From Vicugna vicugna (lineage: Eukaryota): DNA of 64,000 bases. The notes under the pieces are model-generated. The model did not search any database. It was given only the letters and a program-made list of their open reading frames with translations, and was not told the DNA's origin. Shown here piece after piece: positions 57,291 through 64,000 of the stretch (position 1 is its first letter; every line of letters starts with the position of its first letter). The position numbers were made by a program, and so were the translations under genes. The stretch is from the NCBI GenBank assembly GCA_013265495.1, contig MU058687.1:2234001-2298000 (forward strand), written 5' to 3'.

Positions 57291-59525
57291 GGGTCCTACT
57301 GTCCCCCTGAAGAACTGTGTTGTTTTGCTGCACCCCTGCCCTTGTATGTGTACGCCTTGACCTCCCCATCTAGAATGCCCGTCCTCACTCCCACTTGGCA
57401 ACCTCTCCTGTGAGTTCTCCCTTGCTCTCTGTGGGCCCCAGACCCTACCCCGGCCCTCTCTCTTCACGCACTCGTCACCTGTGTTATTTGTTTGCCTCTG
57501 CTACTGGGCTGGGGAGTCACTGACAGCTGGGGCTATTTGCTATTTGTCTTTGCTCTGTCGGTGCCGGGCACATAGTGGGTGCTCATTGAATTAGGCCAGA
57601 CTCAAATAGCAGCAACCGCCTCCCAGGGACTATCTCACTGTTGCCTCTAAAGTGAAGAGGAAATGGACAGTAGTCCCATTTTAGAGGTGGAAATGCCAAG
57701 GGGTGTTTCCCTCAGGGGTAAGGGGTTCGGCCAACTCCACAGAGTGAACCAAACGGGAGATGTTCTCACACAGTCCCTTGCTCTGTGCTCAGCATCTCAG
57801 GCCAGCACTGAGCACAGTGTTTGTGTCTGTGTGGACCACAGCAGGGATTTCTAGGTCAGTCCTGTTTCTCCTGTGCTAGTGGATGCTTCTTGAGGAGAAA
57901 AATCAGGTCTTCTGTCCTGTCTGCCTCCCCTTTAGTGGCCAGCATGGTGCTAGGCACTAGCAGATGCTCAAGAGAAGGCAAATTGCTTAATTTACAAGAG
58001 CCTCAGTTTCCTCCTCTGTAAAATAGGGATAACATATCCACATGTATGAGACGGCGTACACCCGAGTACCTGGCACAGGGCCCAGAACACAGGAGGCAAG
58101 CGTTCAGTGTTAGTTTCCCATCTTCCCTGTCGACACAGGCCAGCTTACCCCCCGGTGCCCTGCTCTGACTGGGGGCGAGTAGCACCACCTTGGGCCCAGG
58201 TGACTGGGATTCAGAGGTTCAGATGCCCTCTCCTTTGCAACCTCAGGGGTCTTGAAGGGAAGGGCAGGGACACCCTGGGCCCCAGATAAGCAGAGGTTTG
58301 GCCTTGTTGTCCCCTCAACATCCAGCTGGAGCCCTGAGAAGCTGGAGATAGAAGTTGCAGGTAGAGCTGTCATTGACCTGACCTGTTCGGAGCCCCTTCC
58401 CACCCCCACCATAAATGGGTTGATGAATGCATGGTGGGAGGGGTTGGGGATGGGGCTGGGATTTCTCACTGGGTTCCCGAGTGATGGCAAGAAGGGTTTA
58501 GCAGCTGCTTCTTACCTTCTCCGCTCCCTGTGTCTTTAAGCCAAAGCATAGGCTCCCACAGCGTGTACAGGGCAAGCTTATTGCTTGTGCCTTTCCAAGT
58601 GTTTTTTCATTGATTCATGTAATCCTCACAGTAGCCCTATAAGCTGGGTACTATATTTCCCACATGGTACAGATAAGGAAACTGAGAGAATCTAGTTCTG
58701 AAAACCTCTCTCTACCGCTGTTATACTGTCTCCAGGATGACAGAACAAATATTTTTGTTTAAACTCTGCATCCCCATTCCTTCCAGTGCCAGCCCCCCTT
58801 TTTGGCCCTCTAATGGGCACTAAGAGCTTCCTGTGGGGGTCCCCAGGGAAGGCTTCTGCTCTCCTTGAAAGCCCCCTCCTCCCCACATGCATCTCCAGGG
58901 GAGGGTTGTCCGGGCTGCTGCCTGGTGGCCCTGACCAGCTGCAGCGCGTCTAATTGAGGGTGGGGGTGCAATTTACTAGCATTCACCACCCCTCCCCAGG
59001 GTTACCCAAAGAATTTTTCTGAGTCCACAGGAGTACGGGAGAGAAGAATCTATCCAGAATTGTAAGATGTTGGGAGGAGCCCAGAAATGTGCAGAAGTGT
59101 CACCCCAAGTGAGACGGGATTTGTATTTTTAAAACAGTACAGATACTAAAGAGCCCTAATAAAACATTCAGGACCTTTGACTCAGTTATTTCACTTCCGA
59201 GCACTGAGTCTAAGGTAAACCATTCCAGAGGAAAAGAACGAGGCATGAGGCCCAGAGAGTTCATTGCAGAAGTGAAAAATTAGGAACATAAATATGGGAG
59301 AATGGTGGAATAATTGAAGACTCCAATATGATGGCATAATGTGGATCCTTTTAAATGATGCTTGTGAAGTGTGTGTAATAGCTGGGAATACGTGTACATT
59401 GTAACTACACAAAATATAAAACTATATACAGTATATGTGCAGAAGGGGATGAGAAAAATTGTAATAATTTCAGTGTAAGTGATGGGATTAGGGTGGTAAT
59501 TTTCTTTAAAATAATGTGCCTAGCC

Positions 59526-59632
59526 AGGAGGCTATGGTTCAGTGGTAGAGTGCATGCTTAGCCTGGGTTTGATTCCCAGAACCTCCATCAAATAATTAAA
59601 CCTAATTACCTCTCCCCTCCAAAGAAAAAGTA
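59526..59632 (+). mobile_element. Camelid Vic-1-like SINE with an internal deletion
   Basis: ggaggctatggttcagtggtagagtgcatgcttagc-ctgggttttgattcccagaacctcca...aaacctaattacctctcccc. Confidence 0.75.
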
Positions 59633-59684
59633 AAATAATTTTCCTTGTTTGAAATATTCCTCCAATTTTAAAAAAATGAACAAG

Positions 59685-59845
59685 ACATTGGAAGGCAATG
59701 TCTGGGTTGCTAGCAATGTTCAATGTCTTGATCTAGGTGCTGGGTTCATAGATGTGTTCATTTTATGAAAATTCAGTGAACTATACACTGAACATTTCTG
59801 TATGTATATTACTTCAATAAAAAGTTTAAAAAGAAAAGAAAAAAA
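59685..59845 (+). mobile_element. Old L1M 3' end
   Basis: tctgggttgctagcaatgttc...tcttgatctaggtg...gaaaattcagtgaactatacact...acttcaataaaaagtttaaaaa. Confidence 0.7.
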
Positions 59846-59865
59846 GTGAGATTTTAAAAACAGGA

Positions 59866-59974
59866 AGGGTGACCACCTTGTGTTTAATTGAATACACTCT
59901 GAACTGTAGCACAGTCAGTAAGGGCTTTCTTTTTCCCCTAAAGTGTCCTTTTATTAAAAATTAGTAGTAACTCT
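59866..59974 (-). mobile_element. Possible MER94-like hAT element
   Basis: Starts agggtgacca and has an aaagtgtcc core; the other terminus is degenerate. Confidence 0.35.
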
Positions 59975-60078
59975 TTAAAAAAGTCCTTTTCTCTAGGATT
60001 GTTTGAAGCTGAAGCCCTGGGCAGCAAGAAGATAGACCTAAGAATTTATAGTGCCTAATATCTGTGAAACCTCAAATT

Positions 60079-60255
60079 AGTGGTTTCCAAACCAGAATAT
60101 GCATCTGAATCTTCTGGATGACTTGACTGCTTGTTAAAACATAGATTGTTGGGTCCCACCTAGGTCTGGGGTGGCACCTGAGAATTTGCATTTGTAACCG
60201 GTTCCCAGGTGATGCTGATGCTACTGGTCTGTGGAACCCACTTTGATAATCACTG
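60079..60255 (+). mobile_element. MER5A hAT-Charlie element
   Basis: agtggtttccaaac...gcttgttaaaacatagatt...taggtctggggtgg...gaatttgcatttgtaac...ttcccaggtgatgctgatgct...ccactttgataatcactg. Confidence 0.85.
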
Positions 60256-63200
60256 CCGTAAGATAACGCTCTGGAATCCCAAGACTGGTGGTAGGGGTGG
60301 GTCATGAATGTTGAGGCATAGTCTTGCTTCTGCAGAACCAAAGCTGGTGTTTGGTCTTGTCATAATAATTCTACCACCGCAGAAGATTTCAGTGCCTACG
60401 GTCATCCAGGATTCTGCTCTGTGTGGAAGAAGTTGATTTTGACTGGCCCTACTGATGTCTTCCAAAAATCCCAGCCGAAGCTAGTATTGGTTTTGCCAGG
60501 TATGAAAGGGACATAGAGGCAAAATCATTCAAGAACGGGGAATGGACAAATCAGAACTCTTGGCATAGTATCTTTAAACTCAAGTGAGTGCCATTTTGGG
60601 AGTGAATAAAAATAATACACATTTATTGAGCAATTACCCTACGCCACGCATTATGCCGAGAGCTATGCATGCCTTGTCTGAGTTCACCCCTCCGAGGTCA
60701 GTACGATCACTATCCCCATGACACACCCAAAGCCCCGGGGCTTCTACATGGATGTGTGGAGAGAAGCCCAGGTGCCGAGGCTGTGGCCCTGCATAGGCAG
60801 AGCCGGTGGGCACCCAGTCACTCCCTCTGGGAACTGCCTGCAGTTGTGGCTGGGGAGGAGGGATGTCAGGGCGGAGTGAACAGGCAGATCAGGGAAAGGA
60901 TGAGTTTCATAGGAAGGGTTGGTGGAGGAGGTAGGCTTGGGGGAAGGCAGGTTTGAGAAGGGAGGAAGAGGACGCACTGTGCGGAGAAAGATCCAGGAGG
61001 CTAGGTACCATGGACTGGATTCATTGGGACTTAAAGATGAAACTCACAGAAGCACAGAAAGCTCACAGGATCTGCAGATCCTGTCCTCAGGTGTGGCTTC
61101 ATTCAGGGCCTTCAGGACCCTACCTCTCCTTATTTTCTGACTTTTCTTCAAAGGACATAATAGAAGGGGAAAAAAAGAGTAGTTAAGATCAGGTGGCCAG
61201 GGGTCTAGTTTTTAGTGGCCTGAATGCGGCTGCAGTTGCAGGGTTGGGTGGTGGGGCAGGGAGCCCTGCTCTTTCTCCCTTCTCTGGCTGAGCGTGGCAG
61301 GCTGACAGTGCCCTGCTCGCAGCATCCCTGTCCCACTGTCGTGTTTCTCCACTTGGGGTGCAGCCTGGTGTGGGAGGGTGGCAATTTTGCCCCGTGCAGC
61401 CCCTCCAGGTGGTTAAGTGCCTTTGTAAGGCTCCTGTTGGTACTGGTGGATTTCCTCCTGTAGGCACTTGCTTTTCCCTCCCTCCCCACGGATCCAGGAA
61501 ACCTGGGTCTCTGCAGCAGACCCTGAGCTGCTCATTTGCAGACAGGGGAATGAAAGTACAGAGAAGGAGAGTGGGGCAAAGCCAGCTTTGCCTGCAGGAG
61601 GCTGGAAGCCTGAAGATCGGGGGCGAGACAGAGCCCAGGGCAGGTGTGCAGACCTTTATCATGGAGCAGTCCTGCCTGTAGTAGAATTGGCCCAGAGGTT
61701 GTCCTGGGCACTGACCAATCAGATTCACAACACTTCCTTCTTTCCTGTGGGCAGAGGTGGCTTGTGGGGAGGGGGGCTGGCGGTCTCCCTTTCTCTTTGG
61801 CTCACATCATTGTATTAGTCGGGGCACCTCACCAAGCCTACTGCTTTGCAGACTGCATTATTATGAAACTCAGTTGCATTAGCTGGCATTGTGTACACTA
61901 AGGCTTAACAGATGATAAAGATTTGATATTGCTCTGTCCCCATGACCTCAGATCTGTTAGCACCTGCCTACCTTTCTGGGTTGTTCCATCCTGAACTCTA
62001 AGGACATGCTATTAATCTGTAGTATCTATTCATTCCATAACACTCCCCGCCCCCCCGGGAAGGGACCCAGAAGTGTCGCACAGAGAGTGGACTAACTTTA
62101 GTTATTTCCCCCTCGCCTGATGGAAGGTACTATTCTGCCTCTGATCACAAGCTAAGACTTGAGACAATATCCAGGAAGGGTTTTGAGATGGCAAAGCCTC
62201 TCTCTCACACACACATCCTCCATCTTGCTTGGAGGGGCTGCTACCCTGCTCTCCTACAGACGGTGGACAGGAGCTCTCTCACATTGTTGGTCATGGAATC
62301 ACAAAAGGACATATTTGAGAACCTGTTCCTGTGTTTTCATTACACTGAGAACGTCCTACATTGGAGATGGTCCCAACATATCCCAGATGACTTGGCTACC
62401 CAGGGTCCAGACACTTGGGGTCAGGGGCTCCCACACCTCTCTGCCTGGGCTGTTGTCTGATGCCATTCAAGGTGGCCACATTGAGAGGTGCCTTGAGATG
62501 GGAGAAGGGCAAGTGAGGGGAACCTCAAATTAGTCAGCTCCTTCTCTGCTGCAGTGAGGTGAGGAGAATCCAGCTGTGGGAGATTAAATAAGCCTCGTTT
62601 CTTCATTACCTCCAAAAGGTTCTTTGGAGAAGAAATGACCAGTGTTTGGATTTTTACATATTTATGACTCTTCCTCCAAGAATAAGAGATGAGAGTAATA
62701 CACACACTTCTGAGGAATGCTTGGGCATCGCCTGGTGTTATTAACAGAAGTCTAGGGGAAAGGAGGAATTCTAAGGATGGAGTGAGCTTCAGAGGCTACA
62801 GGAATGGCGGTTCCTTTTAATCCTGTGGAAATACTCAGATCCCAGTGCAGTGTTAGGTCAACATGAAATCTCATGTTTGAATCACAATGAAGATTTAAGG
62901 CAGACCCAAGGGCATCTTTAATGGGTAGTCCTAACCGTGTGGCCTTGACCCTGATACTGCATGAGAGTCTGCAGCTCACCATAATAGGCCAGACATTCAA
63001 CACTTGGGTTATATGGTTGGGAAGCTTATGGTAAAGTGGGCAGAGGGTGGACAGGCTGTCAGGAGCTGTGCTGCCATCACAGCTGGGAAGATGCTCCTCC
63101 AGATCCTCCCATCTCCAGACCCCCGAGGACCTGGAGCAGCAACAGAGAAGAGAGGGAAACCTGGGAACAGGACTCATAGGGGCTGTCCTGGCTAAACTTA

Positions 63201-64000
63201 GCCTCTGTTGTCTTCTGCGGAGGGCTGAGTTTAATGTGGACAATGGATGTGTCACAGGGGAGAAGATCGCTGTGAGAGGTGGGCTTCCCCTGGAGCCACA
63301 GAGTTGAGGTCAGGACCTCCATCCAGGAAAGGACAGGGTGCAGCCAGTGTCTGTGGATCACCAACTCTATGCCAGCCACTGCACAAAGAGCTTTACACAC
63401 ACAACCATGCAACAAACCATTTGAAAGACTGAAGAAACACCGACAAGGAGGTTACATGTTGTCCCAGGATCATAGAGCTAATGAAAGGCAGGGTGAGGTT
63501 TTGAGCTCAGGTCTACCGGACTCCAAAGATAGTGCTCTTCTTCCGCCTGCCGGTGCTTCTTAACTGCTTCCGCCAGACACAGACAGCAGGAGACATTTAC
63601 CTGGAGACTGTCTCCCCCCAGCATCAGTGTTCCGTGTACTTCACAAAGCATTAGCTTTATCTTGATTCAGCCCTTCTGCTCCCACTCAAAAAGAGGCACA
63701 TCCAATTCAAGTGACTGAAAGTGACATTATTAAGGACTATTTAGTAGTACTAATACTAAGTGAGAAAGAATATTGTGCTTACAAATTTTGGCATGTTACC
63801 CATATTAACATTCCTAGTAACTGACTCCATACCATAGCCAACCTGAAAGCCATCTGTACATTCGGATGCTGTTTGAGAACCGCCAAGCTGCACTATCCAC
63901 GATGACGAGTTTGGTCCTCACTCACGTATGCTGCAAGGCCAGCCATCTAAATGAGGTTGGTCTCATTGTGAGTGGCAAAGGGCATTGAAGCAAAGGTGTT

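Noticed and set aside
1..64000. CRISPR arrays, operons or other prokaryotic or viral systems
   Set aside because: No repeat-spacer arrays or gene-dense coding; the repeat content is clearly eutherian.

Overview
Mammalian genomic DNA, very probably camelid (alpaca/llama/camel): it carries three Vic-1-type tRNA-derived SINEs and artiodactyl-type L1 3' ends. I find no intact multi-exon protein-coding gene. The ORF track is explained by chance ORFs and decayed L1 pieces. A large part of the window is ancient eutherian repeats (L1M, L2, MIR, MLT1/LTR16 LTRs, hAT-Charlie elements). The main non-repeat signal is a compact + strand promoter (MEIS/E-box, PBX, MEF2/TATA) with a first exon ending AT|GTGAGT at 16997. 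This fits, from recall and unverified, the distal first exon of ESRRB with its split AT|G start codon; if so, the rest of the window is the start of a long first intron. Candidate enhancers are scattered upstream and downstream of the exon (OCT/SOX, OTX/CRX, paired-homeodomain, TCF, ERR/NR5A motif clusters), and there is a CTCF site in a small CpG island. Less expected items are a tailless U6 retrocopy with 16-bp TSDs hidden in an L1, a 34-bp inverted duplication about 690 bp apart, and a speculative decayed minus-strand gene at about 20-30 kb. Repeat boundaries and subfamily names were read by eye and are approximate.
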